From: Octopus sinensis
Taxonomy: Eukaryota
Direction of reading: 5' to 3'
Assembly (NCBI RefSeq): GCF_006345805.1
Contig: NC_043005.1
Coordinates: 88,784,001 to 88,848,000 of the forward strand
Length of the DNA stretch: 64,000 nucleotides
Each line of letters opens with the position of its first letter. Position 1 is the first letter of the stretch. Position numbers and translations under genes: made by a program. The notes beneath the pieces were generated by a model. That model had not been told where the DNA came from. It was given only the letters and a program-made list of their open reading frames with translations, and did no database searches. Shown one piece after another: positions 24,320 through 38,609 of the stretch.

Positions 24320-26881
24320 TAAGGTTTGAAAATATAATTTTTCAGATGTTTATTCACTTGACCGATTTCACTTTTTTAGAAAAAGATTGTCCAAAGTAAA
24401 ATGTATGAGGTTTGTTGTGTTAAGTACTGGTTGTCACAAAAGTATTAAAATACATACATTCTTTGATAATAATAAGAAAATATATTCTTAGATGGTATAA
24501 GTCCATCTATGAATATATTTTTGAGAATTAATGTTGCCATCCTTCCAACCCATGACAGGGACACAACCTGTTTGACCATTGATTGTAGTCTGTTTATATC
24601 GAACTCTCCAGATCTTTATTCATTGATTACCAAGAAATCGATCAATTCCTCATTGCCAAGACAGAATTATTCTGAGCCAAAAAGCCAGACATTTGTTGTT
24701 TATTTGATTAATAAATTCATTTTTTCTTCTTAATTTTAGTTGAAATTGAAGGTGGTCAAAGCTGGCAGAACGATTAGCAAGTCGGGGCAGAATGCTTTGT
24801 GGCATTTCTTCTGCCTTTACCTTCTGAGTTCAAATTCTGCCAAAGCCCACTTTCCTTGTCGTCATTTTGGGGGTCAATAAAACAAGTACCAGATGAGCAT
24901 TGGGGGTTGATGTAATCAACTTACCCCCTCCCCCCCCAAGATTGCTGGCCTTGTACCAACATTTGAAACCCTTATTAGTAAAAGTTCCAGGTAACGAGAT
25001 GCAAGAATTAGACAAAATGTTTAACTGCATCTCTTCTGGCTCTTGATGTTCTGAGTTCAAATATTGCCAAGGGCAAGTTTGGCTTTTATGCTTTCGAGGT
25101 TGATAAAATGCTGTACCAGTCAAATACTGGGGTTGATGTAACTGACTAATCTCCATTCTCCACTAAAATTGCTCTCCTTCTGTCCCCTGTTCCAAGAACT
25201 GTTGAAGTTATCCTGCTGAGGTCAACTCTACAGTTTATCTTTCCAAGATTGATAAAATGCACAAAGTACCAGTAATTAACTGGGTGTGGCTGATGTTATT
25301 GATCCTGACAAAACTACAACATAGATAAATAAAGGATATTCTTTTGTTTGTTTCAGTTATCAGACTGTGGCCATGCTGGGGCACTGCCCTATGTTATTAA
25401 AAAACTACAAACCTCTACCGATTATGCTATATCACCCCCCCCCCCCGGTGTAGCTCACAAATACATCGACAACTGATACACATGAGCAAGAAAGATATTT
25501 CTTTATTTCTTAGCTTTTCTGCCAAGCTGCAGCTTTGTAACATTGAATTCCTGTCTCTGGGGTCTTCAGCTCTGGTGAGTCACAAAGATAAAAAGTCAGT
25601 TTCAATCAGCCATATACTCTACAATATGTATTGAGCACTCCTCGTTCACTTGACGCAATGTTTGTATAAGCACAGGAGGTGGTTGTGTGGTTAGGAAGTT
25701 CACTTCTCAACCATTTGGTCTTGAGTTCAGTCCCACTACATGGTCCCTTGGCTAAGTATCTGCTAGTATAGTCCTGAGCTGGCCAAAGCCTTGTGAGTTG
25801 ATTTGGTAGACAGAAACTGAAAGAAGCCTGTGGTATGTACACATATACACACTCATATATAGGTGCAGGCGTGGTAAGGAAATTTGCCTCCCAACCACAT
25901 GGTTCCAGGTTCAGTCCTACTGTGTGGCACCTTGGGTAAGTGCTTTCTACTATAGCCACACTGACCAAATGCTTGTTGGTGGATTTGGTAGATGGAAACT
26001 GAAAGAAGCCATATATATATATAATAATAATAATATTAGGGAGTAAATCCAAACTTACAGGGAATATATATATATTTGTGTATCTGTGCTTGTCCCCCCA
26101 CCACCACTGCTTGTCAACTGATGTTGGTGTATTTATGTCCCGTAACTTAGCGGTGAGGTAAAAGGGATCAATAGAATAAGTACTGGGGTTAATTTGTTCA
26201 ACTAAAAGTGGTGCTCCAGTATGGCCACAGTCAGATGACTGAAACAAATAAAAGTGTATATATATATATATATATATATACATAAATGTGTGTGTGTGTC
26301 TGTATGCATGCCAAAGTGTATTTGTTTTTCTACCCTTGTCTTGATGGCTGTAAACAAGCATCCCTGTTATACAAGCAGTGTTGTATGTGTTCCAGTCTAA
26401 TGTGGGAAAATACCTGGCCAGAAGGAACAATTACTTTGCCTGTCGGTGAGGGTTGGCAACAGGATGGGTATTCGGTCATAGACAACCTGCCTTAATGAAT
26501 TCCATCTGAGTGAAATGTGTGTGTGTGTGTGTGGGGGGGGGGTTCGTTAAATGATGATGATAATGTGTCTGTGTGTACACAAGCATAGATATACATTAGA
26601 CAGGAAGGTCAGATTCAATGATAATTTAGCTACTATCTTTAACAGGTCAAGACAGAATCTGCAAGATTAAAATCATTGAAATTTAATGAATGCTTTAAAC
26701 GCCTGCCATTTGCAATGGGTGTGGGTGTGGCTGTGTGGTAAGAATCTTGCTTCCCAATCACATGGTTTTGGGTTCAGTCCAACTGCATGGCACCTTGGGC
26801 AAGTGTCTTTTACTATAACCTCGGGAGTCAATCAGATCTTCGTGAGTGGAATTGGTCGACGGAAACTGAAAGAATCCTGTC

Positions 26882-26925
<44 letters not shown>

Positions 26926-27309
26926 ATATTTACACATATCTATGTGTGTGTGTGTATTTTTATGGTGGTGTTTGTAACCTCCCCCCCCCCACCACCACTT
27001 GACCACTGGTGTTGGTGTGTTTATGTCCCTGTAACTTAGCAGTTTGGGAAAAGAGACTGATAGAATAAATACCAAGCTTGCAAAAAGAACCAAAAAAGTC
27101 CTGGAGTTGATTCATTTAACTAAAAATACTTGAAAGCAATGCCCCAGCATGGCCACGATCTACTGACTGAAATAAAAGATGGAAGATAAATAGCAATAAA
27201 AATGCAAACAAACCAACACCGTTCTCACTCTCGCCATCACTATATCTGCCTCATTTCCATTACTTGGGATCGCTTCCCCCTCCTCCTCTCATGTTATATT
27301 TCTTACTGT

Positions 27310-27645
<336 letters not shown>

Positions 27646-27829
27646 TACCAAAGAGAAAGATAAGAAACACTGAATAAAGAAGAAAATAATATCTTTCTTT
27701 CTTTCTTTCGGTGCTATGTCCTGAATGTAGGACATGGGCAATCTTGTCCCCCCACCCTCCACGATTCCCTTTTCTTTGTTTTCTGTATAACAGTTCCACT
27801 TCTTCCGGATGTTTAACGTCTCGTTCTTC

Positions 27830-28350
27830 CAAACCAGTTCTTCCAGCTTCACATCCATAACATCCTTCTCCTTCTTCGCCTTCTTTTCCCTTCAATCTTT
27901 CCAGTCATCACTAAATTTTCCCTGGGCCCTCTTTCCTCATCACATGACTAAGAAGTCTCTGTTATTTGGCCCTTATCTCATGAAGCAGTTTCCTATTTAC
28001 TGCAGCCTCACTCGTCACTTCTTCATTAGATACTTTGTCCGTGCTATCCTCAATATTTTCCTTAAGGATCACATTTCACAGCTCTCCAAATACCTTAAAC
28101 CATGCCCCCCACAAATGTATTTTCCTGTTTTGCATTATTGACACCAACACTTGTTCACAAATTCATACATCTCTAATTTCGCGAAAGCTACTCTCACTCA
28201 ACTATTTGTCTTTCTCTAACTTTGTCACTGACAGGCGATGGGTGCAGTTTGAGGGAGATTCAGTTCCTTTTTCTGAAAATAAATTCACAATTCTTCCTTC
28301 TACACCATTCTCCTTTATATTTTTCCTAAACGAAGCCAACATATTTGGCT
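27830..28350 (-). mobile_element. RTE-type LINE 3' fragment
   Basis: Decayed minus-strand similarity to the RTE C-terminal motif (KI.WTDKVSNEEV...GHVMRK...IEGK). Confidence 0.55.
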
Positions 28351-28499
28351 AATTAATATATTTTTACAGGAGAAAAAAGAAAAAAAAAAATTAAAATTTA
28401 TAAAACCTCAAATTATCGAGAGAAAGAAAAAACTCATAACTCCAAGAAAACAAAGAAAAGGAAAGAGTGGTGGCGGTGGTGATGGTGGGGGATTAAGCA

Positions 28500-28810
28500 G
28501 CAGAAAATGGTGGGTGGGGAGTAACAGGTTGTACATCCCAGACCAAATGGCGTGTTTAGCCATGCCTGGTAGACATGATTGCAAAGGCACTGCCACAGAG
28601 AATGGCCAGGGATACGCTCTGTTGCAACCAACCAACCACACGGTGCTCATTTCTGAGATTGGCCATCCTGATTTTGTGGAAGAAATCATCCATGAAGGGT
28701 CTGAGAACACCTGAGGTCACTACTGCAACCAGAACAAAACTGATAGTGGCCGGTCAGGCTCCTGTATTTGTCTATTTTCCCTCTCCTCTGCGTTATGGGT
28801 AATTCTTCCT
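28500..28810 (-). mobile_element. CRE-like restriction-endonuclease non-LTR element, 3' fragment
   Basis: Across frameshifts: KIDKYRSLTGHYQF...WLQQSVSLAILCGSAFAIM. Resembles the K..KY..L...Y.F.P.AVET...QR.S.A..RGNA..I end of CRE-type elements. Confidence 0.5.
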
Positions 28811-29206
28811 TGTGAGATGGTGAATGATAACATAATTTGATGGGGGATGTTGTTTTGTAGTGTTCGAATGCAAAGGCAGGCATACTTACAGATAATTCAC
28901 ACACAAATGAAAAGATGCTGAAGACTACATTGAAATAGGAGAACAGATGTTTTATTCCATTAAAAATATTAAATTGACCACACCAGATCAAAACAAGACA
29001 AGAGATTGGAAACAACAACAACAACAGTTATTACAAGAAATTCCATGGCATCATAATGTTTGGCGTTGTTTATATTTTCGAAGAAATGGTCGAGAGAAGA
29101 ATTTCTGAAACGTTTCAAATAACAAACAATGCAAGCAAAGAATGATGTGTGTGTCTATTTATAATGTGTGTGTGCGTGAGAGGAAGAGAAAGAGCGGGGG
29201 ATAAAG

Positions 29207-29238
<32 letters not shown>

Positions 29239-29644
29239 TATATAGAGAGAGATGGGGTGAGTTATATTTTCCCGAAAGTTTGGAAAAAACCCCATTTTTT
29301 GTGGCTTCGTCAGGCAACAATTCCGGTTTGTTGAAAAGTTAAAGAGTTACCTCCCTTTGACTACAAAAATTCTAGTCTCCAACAAAAATGGCTGAAATCT
29401 AAGACCTTGGAAGTTTGATAAGCCTAAGACGCGAAACCGGTACTCCCAGTTTATTACATAATGTTGTAGTACAACTGTTTGTTTTATTATGATCTTAAAA
29501 TTGGCATAAATTTTATTACACAAACCTCCTGTGCGTGTTTACGTATTTTACTTTCTAAAATATTTACAACCTCGTCTACACAACATCTGACGCTTTTATG
29601 TTATATATGTATATATATGTATATATATTTATATATATATATCG

Positions 29645-30646
29645 TAAGATGTACCTAGTGTAAGCCATGGACGCATAAGAGGTGCAGTAATATCAAAGGA
29701 AGGCTAACTGAGAAGATAGTTTTTGTATGTAGCAAATACTCAGGAGCAATAAACACTGAAAATGTACGGAGAACAGATTCCGTCATATTCCAGGTAGAAA
29801 AATTTCAAGTAGTTGATAGCTTCCGTTACCAAGGTGACCAAGTCAGTAGCGGGCGTGAATGCTTTGAAATTGTAGCTGCTAGAATAAGACTAGACAAGGT
29901 AAAGTTCAGAGAGCTCCTACATCTGCTGGTGACAAAGGGCCTCTCGCTCAAAGGAAAAGGTAGACTGTATGACGCATGTGTGTAAACAGCCATGCTACAT
30001 GGAAGTGAAGCATGGGCCGTGATTGCGGAGGATATGCGTAAGCTTGCAAGGAACGAAGCCAGTATGCTCCAATGGATGTGTAATGTCAGTGTGCATACTC
30101 AACAGAGTGTAAGTACCTTGAGAGAAAAGTTGGACTTAACAAGCATCAGATGTGGTGTGCAAGAGAGACGACTGCACTGGTATGGCCATGTGGCGAGAAT
30201 GGATGAGGACAGCTGTGTGAAAAAGTGTCACAACCCTAGCAGTTGAGGGAACGTGTGGAAGAGGTAGACCCAGGAAGACTTGGGATGAGGTGGTGAAGCA
30301 CGACCTTCGAACATTGGGCATCACCGAGGCAATGACAAGCGACCGAAACTTTTGGAGATATGCTGTGATCGAGAAGACCCAGCAAGCCCAGTGGGACAAT
30401 AACCCGTGGCCGATGCTAGTGGTGTATAACCATCCCACTTATGAGTACCCTTCATTCATTGGACAATAAACTATGTTTGCGAAGACTTGTTGAGGCAAGT
30501 GAAATCGAAATCGCTGTCGTGGCCGATGAGAGTACCGCCTGATTGGCACCCGTGCCAGTGGAACGTTAAAAGCACCATTCGATCGTGATCGTTGCCAGCG
30601 TTACCTGGCTGGCTCCTGTGCCGCTGGCACGTAAAAAACACCATTC
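29645..30646 (+). mobile_element. 5'-truncated RTE LINE, same family as 18059-21220
   Basis: ORF MLHGSEAWAVIAEDMRKLARNEASMLQWMCNVSV...LHWYGHVARMDED, followed by the same 3' UTR repeats. Confidence 0.85.
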
Positions 30647-30860
30647 GATTTAGAACCTGCGGACTTCCATCTCTTTCCTAAGATGAAAATGCAGGTCAAA
30701 GGTCACTGTTTTAACAGCGTTGTTGAGATGAAGAGTGAATCGCAGAAGGTCCTCAACTCATGGAAAACGACCTCCAGGCCGGATTCCAAAAGTGGCAGGA
30801 ACACCTGGACCGGGGTGCATTGCTGGGCAAAGCAACTATTTTCAAGGAGAGGAGGTTAAA
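30647..30860 (+). mobile_element. Mariner transposase C-terminal fragment
   Basis: DLEPADFHLFPKMKMQVKGHCF...FQKWQEHLDR...NYFQG. Confidence 0.7.
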
Positions 30861-30922
30861 AACTGAGATAATAAGTTATTTTTTTTATTAAACATAACTA
30901 CTCCAGGATACCATCTCATCTC

Positions 30923-30953
<31 letters not shown>

Positions 30954-31170
30954 ATGTATATATATATATATTTGGAATTTACAAAAAAAAAAAAAAAAAG
31001 AAAAGACGAAGACGAGTGTGTAAACAACAAACAAATGTATTAGTTTAATGCTTGGAAAGTGAGAAAGTCTTTCACATTTCGAGCCTACGCTCTTCGATAG
31101 GAAAGAACACAGAAATAAGCAGAGAGAGAAAATAAAACACACACACACACATACACACACACACACACAC

Positions 31171-31213
<43 letters not shown>

Positions 31214-32830
31214 ACACACACACACACACAGAGAAACACACACATATATCATTAATAAAAAACTGGAAAAAATAGACAAGAAAAATGCAACAACACGAGA
31301 ACGTGGTACATGTAAAGTATTAATAAGACGCTCAGAGGAGGAAGGAAAGAGTGTACATAATTTCAATATGTGGGCTTCTCTACAGTTTTCACCTACCAAG
31401 TCTCATTCACAAAGCACAGGCCCACACAAATTGTGGGTTGGTGCTCAGCATGCTGGAAGACCACTAGGAGTGAGTAACCCCTTAGCTTTTTTAGAAGCAT
31501 GTCTTCAGAAATCCCCTTGAAACCCAGGCTATATCTCCTTCAATAATCGGCAGAGACTTGGTCAGTGGATCCTCTGCGATGGTCAACAATCAACAGCAAG
31601 ATGAGCTGTTATGGATCCCACTATCCCAAAGTGTATGTGTGCATGTGACTGGGGACCACATGTGAACTTGTGACCCCACTGAAACTCGGAGCAAGGAACC
31701 ATTTGATCATACGGAACATTACATTGAACCCAGTGCTTGACTGGTTCTTTAGTTTTTTGATCGTGAAAGAATGAAAGGCAAAAACAACCATATCAGGATT
31801 TGAACCCAGAACACAAACCGGAAGAAATGCCACTAAGCCTTTTTGTCTGGTGCAACAATGATTCTGTCATACTAAAAGAGTTTCGATAAAATAATGGAAA
31901 GACCGGATTAAATGGAAGTTTTATTATTTAATATGGAACTGGTCCACGTTTAGCATCAGTCACAGATTTAATATGTTGAGGAATTGACTTGTACAAGTCC
32001 TGGATGGTTGTTAAGAGAATTTTGATCCATTCTTTAAATAAAACCTTCTTTAGATCTTTCCACAACAATGGTTGAAGGAAACAGCTTCTCCCTTGTTACA
32101 CCAAAATGCATCATAAACGTTCAGTTATGTTTGGGTGGAATGATTGTAGGGGTGGTTTATTTCGTTTTTGTGCTCTTCTTACCAATTCTGAATAACATTA
32201 GCCATGTGAATTGTCACATAATTGCCCTGGAAGATTGTACTCCCATCTGATGAATCCTTATGGGATTCATCAGAGAAGATGACATTGTTCCTTGGGTGTG
32301 TGTGTGTGTGTACGTGCGTGCGCACGCGTGTGTAACTCTCTCTTCTCTTTTCTTTACTTTTTGATTTTCTCTCCCTTCTTCCCCCAACTTCCCATAAAAC
32401 TCCTGTTTATTAAATCTATTTAAACACTTTAGCCAAATTTAAGTTTTTTGTTATTCACTTCTCTGTCTGAAGAATTTCTAACAGGAAATCTCTGACGTAA
32501 TTCCTATTCACAAACGAAACATGTGTAATGGGGAATAAATAATACCAAAAAATGTTCCAACTTCCTGGTTTGTTATAATATAACTCTGCAAACAATATTT
32601 CCAGAATTTCCAACTCCCATTTGTACCTCGCATCAATACAACAACAACAACAACAACAACAACACTAACTACATACTGGATTGTAATAATGGAATAAGCA
32701 GATGCGATTCAAGAGGAAACAGTTAGGATTTACCCTACCTACCTACCTATCTACCTACCTACCTATATACATACATATATATATATACATATATATATAC
32801 ATATACATATATACACAAATACATATATAC

Positions 32831-32901
<71 letters not shown>

Positions 32902-33419
32902 TACATATATATATATTAATAAAAGAAATAAAACATATGCATATATATAAACATATATGTACGTACCTACCTCTACATGTACATATACACGCATATATGA
33001 GTACAGGACACCAAAGGGACGTCGAACACATAGAGAAACGAAAACATAGACACAAACCAAAGGAACAGGACATTTTTTAAAAAACAACAAAAAATGGAGT
33101 ACAGGACAGTTAACACAACGAAAAACCCCCTTCTTCAGTCGCTAAGGTTTCATCTACTCTACGTTTCGAAGGATAAAAGCGAGACGTATCTTCGACAAGA
33201 AACTTTCCTTCCTGCGAAAAGCAAATCAATTAAAATTCTGAAATCTTTTCGCAGAGGGGTAAAAAATGGTAAAAAAACGAGACAGTAACGACAGTACAAA
33301 AATATAAACAGTAAAAAAATATATATAACAGTAAAAGACAGGACAGAGAGAACAAGATAAGAAGGGCTGTTGACGCCGAACGAAAAAAGTATTGCAAACG
33401 CTAGACGTAAACTAGATTT

Positions 33420-34275
33420 TAAAAATCCAGGTAGATATCAATAAAAAACTCAGTTTTAACGAATTTGGTTAATTATATCAAACAATCAGACACCATTAAA
33501 TGCAAATAGAATACACATTCCAGGTAATTCTTCAGGTACGACAAGTAGATTCAAATATCATTGAGAAGAATTTCAAGAAATTAGGAATGTATGATAAGAA
33601 AAATAAGACTGGAGAAAATCACATCTTCAGCTGATCATCGCACTAACAGTTCCGACGATCGTTTCTGCTGTATCAGCATATTTAGAAAAAAAAAGATATT
33701 AGACAAATGAATATGTCCGAAAATATGTCTTAATACAAGGCTATCAAGTCAGTCCAAAACGGGCTGAATTCAAGGTGAACTAAGAAAATACGTCTAGTAG
33801 ACGAACGCATACAAAAAGAATGTTAAGAAGAAATATAATATTCCAAGAAAAGCCAGTTTAGTATTTATCTTTTGATGATGTCAGTAGATAATGAAAGAAT
33901 TAAAAATAAACATATGAATTCTACGTTACGACAATCAGAAATTCTATGTTATAAGAATTAGTTATTTATTAATGAAATATGCTAAAGATTTTTCCGAAAA
34001 AATATGCATATATCATATTATATGAAATGGGTTGTACAAAATTGAAATATTTAAATGCATCTCTATATTTGTGAGAATGTTTCAATGTAAAATTACCTTT
34101 ATAATTCAATAATATTAATTTATAGGTAATTATATAATACCTCAAGGCAAAGATCACATCTAAAATTACCAGTATTGTACTATGGCGCATAGCTAATAAC
34201 AGACCCCTTTAAATCTTAATTAATGTTCCTATCTTTTAAACCCCAAATGTATTTACTAAGATTTGTAGAATTACA
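33420..34275 (-). mobile_element. Penelope-like element 3' end (GIY-YIG C-terminus plus 3' region)
   Basis: Minus-strand NSTNLSKYIWGLKDRNIN*DLKGSVISYAP*YNTGNFRCDLCLE; homologous to 53720-55125. Confidence 0.7.
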
Positions 34276-35100
34276 TAATACCGATCCACAAGTTAGTCTA
34301 CTTTAGTCATTTAAATTAGATATTGGTAAGATTAGTAAATTTATTATTGATAAACATATTCCTAAGCCTAGACAAAATATTAAATTATCTTTGTGGTCTA
34401 ATTCATTCGAAGTAATTGATTGGTTCAATAATATTAGCGATGAAAAAAACGTACCAAATTCATTCAGTTGGATATATCAAATTACTACTCATCCATCAAC
34501 CCTATACAACTTAATAGGACCTTAATTTTTGGCATGAAGAATTCAGATTTATCCAAACGTGAAGTTGATATAATACTAACGTCTAGGAAAGTCATAACTG
34601 AATTCAATGGAAAGTACTGAACACGGACTAATAAACTGATTATTTCGACATTACTATGGGGTTCAGTGACTCAGCTCAAGTAACTGATTTTGTGGGTATT
34701 TACAGTCTTATCTGTATTAATACTGAATGACCTGAATCAGGGGTGGATTATATAGAAATGACGTCCTTTTCCCTATCTGTATGACTAATAAGGTTAATCT
34801 AGAAAGGTCCCTGAAAAAAAAAAATTCTTAAATTCCTTATGCTTCGTGGCCTCTCTATCTCGAGAGAAAATCATACTAAGGTTAAATTCTTTTATGTTAT
34901 TGGATGTAAGTACTGAACTATACCAACCATATCATAAACTGAATGAGTACTTAAGGTATGTTAATAAAAATTCTAATCATTCAAGAATCATCATAGACTC
35001 TATCGTTAAAAATACATCAAATCGTATTTCAAGGTTTTATGCTAATGAGGATGGATCTGTCACAAAATCAAAATTAATATAACTACGAATAATCTGAAGC
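34276..35100 (+). mobile_element. Penelope-like RT fragment (Naiad-like)
   Basis: DIGKISKFIID...LWSNSFEVIDWFNNI...FIQLDISNYYSSI...FDITMGFSDSAQVTDFVGIY...GLYRNDV...YVNKNSNH. Confidence 0.75.
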
Positions 35101-35126
35101 TGGGTAGAAGGACAAAATCTGTTAAT

Positions 35127-35182
<56 letters not shown>

Positions 35183-35459
35183 TTAACGCCGCTTTCTATG
35201 CTAGCATGGGTTGGACGATTTGACTGAGGACTGGCGAACCAGTTGGCTGCAATAGGATCCAGTCTGATTTGGCATGGCTTTCTACAGCTGGATACCCTTC
35301 CTAATGCCAACTACTCCGAGAGTGTAGTGGGTGCTTTTACGTGCCACCAGCACGTATGTGCCACAAGCACGTATGTGCCACCAGCACGTATGTGCCACCA
35401 ATAAATTCCCGAGAAGAATTGCAGATAAATAGATGAAACTCTGTAGATAATACCCCGAG

Positions 35460-37990
35460 ACCTAGAAATACCAGGTTGGCGTCTAGCAGATTTAAGCCTG
35501 TTTCATAGGTAGAGGGGTTCCTTCAGCCTTGGTAGGCAACCTGTCTAGAGAAGGTGACTCAATAAAAACATCGATGGTTGTGCCACCTCATCACCAAAAT
35601 TCTCAGGAGCCAAAATGTCAAATACAAGGTTATAAAACAATGGATTGAACGAGACTGGATATAAAAACAGTGTACACGAGGGTAGGTGTATACTCTCGGA
35701 GCCTTGGCTAGCAACCCACAAAGTGATGGTGTCACTGTAAAAATAGTGGGGATTGCACAACCTTACAAGTGATACTTTTAAATAAGTAATGTCAAAATTA
35801 AATAATAACCATAACTGCGCTAACGGGACTGGAGCTGTTAACAATGAAGGAATCGCGCATGGCATGCAGGGAGTGTCTGATCAAGCTTCGACAGGTCGTC
35901 ATCAAGCTATTGATCAGGACGAAAACTGCAGTCAAATATGCAAAAGAAAAACAATGGAATGGGAAAAAGAAGCAAACAAAATAGTAATGGAATACTGACT
36001 GAGAAGTGAACCAAATAAAAGCAGCTCGATGAATGGAACGTGAAACAGATGGAAACCGCAGAGAAGCAGAGAATATTGATAAAGTAACTAATGAAGACGA
36101 TCTTGATGGACAAGTGAGAGTAAGTACGGCACAAGACTTAGATGATGAAGAGAAGGAAGTTTTAGAAATGTTGCGAGGTAAAATGGGAACAATGAAGTAC
36201 CACCGAATGTATGATATATGGAGAGAAGAAAGTGAGGAGGATAGCCAGAGGTAAAGTAAATGACGTTTTAAGCTTAATTATAAGAGAAAACATCAGTGAA
36301 ACAAACCAGCAGATCATAACTGCTGCTGCTAATATCGTAGCTAACATAGGTTACAAGCGAAAAACTGAAGATATAAAGGGGAAATGAAAAGAAAGAACCA
36401 AACTGGATTAAGAGAATACGAATGGAGCTGGAAAAGAACTGGGGCAATTGAGTCGGATAATGAGAGCAGAGAGCTCAAGAAGATGGTAGTAATCAGGAAA
36501 TTGAATGAACTTTGCAGGTTAGAAGAAAGAGAAAAAGAAAGAGTACATGAAGAATTGACACAAAATGTGAAAGCATTAAAGGCCAAATTGAAAAGATATG
36601 CTAGACGCAAAGGCTTCGGACAGAATAGACTGTTCCAATCAAATAGAAGGTGTCTATTTGAGGAAACAGAGGAGGGAGGCCAACACCAGGAACTGATTCC
36701 AGATGCGGAAGAAAGTAAAGAATTTTTGGCAAGTCTGTGGAACAGGCCGGCGAGACATAAAGAAAGCAGGGGGTGGCTAACAAAAGTAGAAAGACAACTT
36801 GAAAGTGTACCACGACAAAAGGATTTCAGAATTAATCTGTATACAAAGCGACAGAAGTTTAAAAAATAACAAATTGGAAAAAACCAGGCACAGATGGAGT
36901 AGAAGGTCGAAGAACTTTACAGAATTGCATGAAGGGATCGTGGCGCAACTGGATGACTGCCTGCAGCAAGGGCACGTCCCTGCCTGGATGACAAGTGAAC
37001 GAACGCTGCTATGCCTCAAGGATCCCTTGAAAAGGAACTTGGCATCAAATCTTCGACCCATAACCTGTTTACTAATTATGTGGAAGCTCATGCAACCATT
37101 TGGAATGTGAGGGCAGCAAAAGGTCACTTATTAGTTGATAAAATGATAATTTGAAATTGTAGACACAAATTGACGGAACTGAATGTAGAATGGCTAGATT
37201 ACAAAAGAAGCATATGATATGGTACCACACATTTGGATAAGTGAAACAATGAGCAGGTTTTGGAATGGCGAAAAAACATGGAGAAAATGCTTAACGAGGA
37301 AACAAAACTTGGAAAAGTGAACATCACACGTGGAATATTCCAAGCTGATAGCTTGCCTCCATTATTATTCGTATTGGCCATGACACCGCTCATTGTGATA
37401 CTACGGAAAGTTAAAATTGCTTACAATTTGGGAAAAGGAAATGGTCAGATAAATCATCGCCTTTTCATGGATATTATGAAGGTTTATGCGAAAAATGAGA
37501 AACAGCCTGAAAGCCTTGTATATACTATCTGCATTTTTTCAAATGACATAGGTATGGAATTTAGGATAGAAAAGTGCACTAAATTGAAAATGAATCGAAG
37601 GAGATTTGAAAGAAACCAGGAAATCGATAGGCCAAATGGGCAAACAACGAGAGCAGTTAATAAAGGACTGTGGCATAAGTACTTGAGAATACTGGAAGTA
37701 GGGAAATAAAAAATGATGAAATGAAACAAATTACCAGTAGGGAGTATACAAGGTGAGTCATAAAACTATTACAGTCAAAGCTGAATTCCAAAAATCTTAT
37801 TGAAGCAATAAATTCAAGAGCAATACCTTTAATTAGATATGGAGTTGGAATTATAGACTGGACCAGAAACGATGTAAAGGAGCTTGACAGAGAAACTAGG
37901 AAGTTGTTGACAATGTAGGGAGCTCACCATCCGAAAGCTGATATGAACTGGCTGTACTTGAAGAGAGAACAGAGTGGAAGAGGCTCAATT
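35460..37990 (+). mobile_element. R4/Dong-like non-LTR retrotransposon relic 1 (3'-truncated)
   Basis: KALKAKLKRY...QNRLFQSN; PAWMTSERTLLCLKD...NLRPITCL; RGIFQADSLPPLLFVLAM; INHRLFMDIMK; multiple stops. Confidence 0.8.
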
Positions 37991-38439
37991 ATTTTTCTAT
38001 CAGCAATTAAAAATAGAACAAGGTGAATTGGTTCTTTTCAAGACCAAGGTCAGCGCTCTCATTGATCACTAGTAGTAATAAACACATTTGACCTCTGCTA
38101 ACTCGAAGGGTGTAAGGCCTCTTTTGTTTCTTTATCGTACAGGAATGCCCATTGCCGATCTCTTCATCATCTGCCGAATCTATTTACAGACCTGCAGAAT
38201 TTGGTCTATTCACCAAGCTGTCTCTCTTGCTCCTACTATTCCATCAAGCCCTCACATATTTATGATTATCTCAAGTACAAGACAAAAGGTGAAACTAAAC
38301 AACATTTAATAATAAATGGAAATAATAATAATAATGATGGTAATAGTAATGATGATAATAATAATAATTTAGCCAAAACTAATTTTGGATCAGAGAAAAT
38401 ATTAACAATGACAAAGAGTAAAAAAATGAGAATAATAAT

Positions 38440-38608
<169 letters not shown>

Positions 38609-38609
38609 A

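Noticed and set aside
25480-25580. Short stretch with splice-like signals on both strands
   Set aside because: No convincing protein similarity; weak resemblance to the next FMNL exon is on the wrong strand.
28990-29104. Possible SLC22 terminal exon after tttcag (NSSLDHFFENINNAKHYDAMEISC...)
   Set aside because: No diagnostic similarity, and the intervening exons are missing, so it cannot be linked to the gene.
35340-35400. Three 17-bp tandem units (gtgccaccagcacgtat)
   Set aside because: Simple slippage inside a SINE-like repeat; no spacers, so not CRISPR-like.
35470-35560. Possible HDV-like ribozyme in the 5' UTR of R4-like relic 1
   Set aside because: Expected from family knowledge, but I could not assign the nested double pseudoknot from the sequence.
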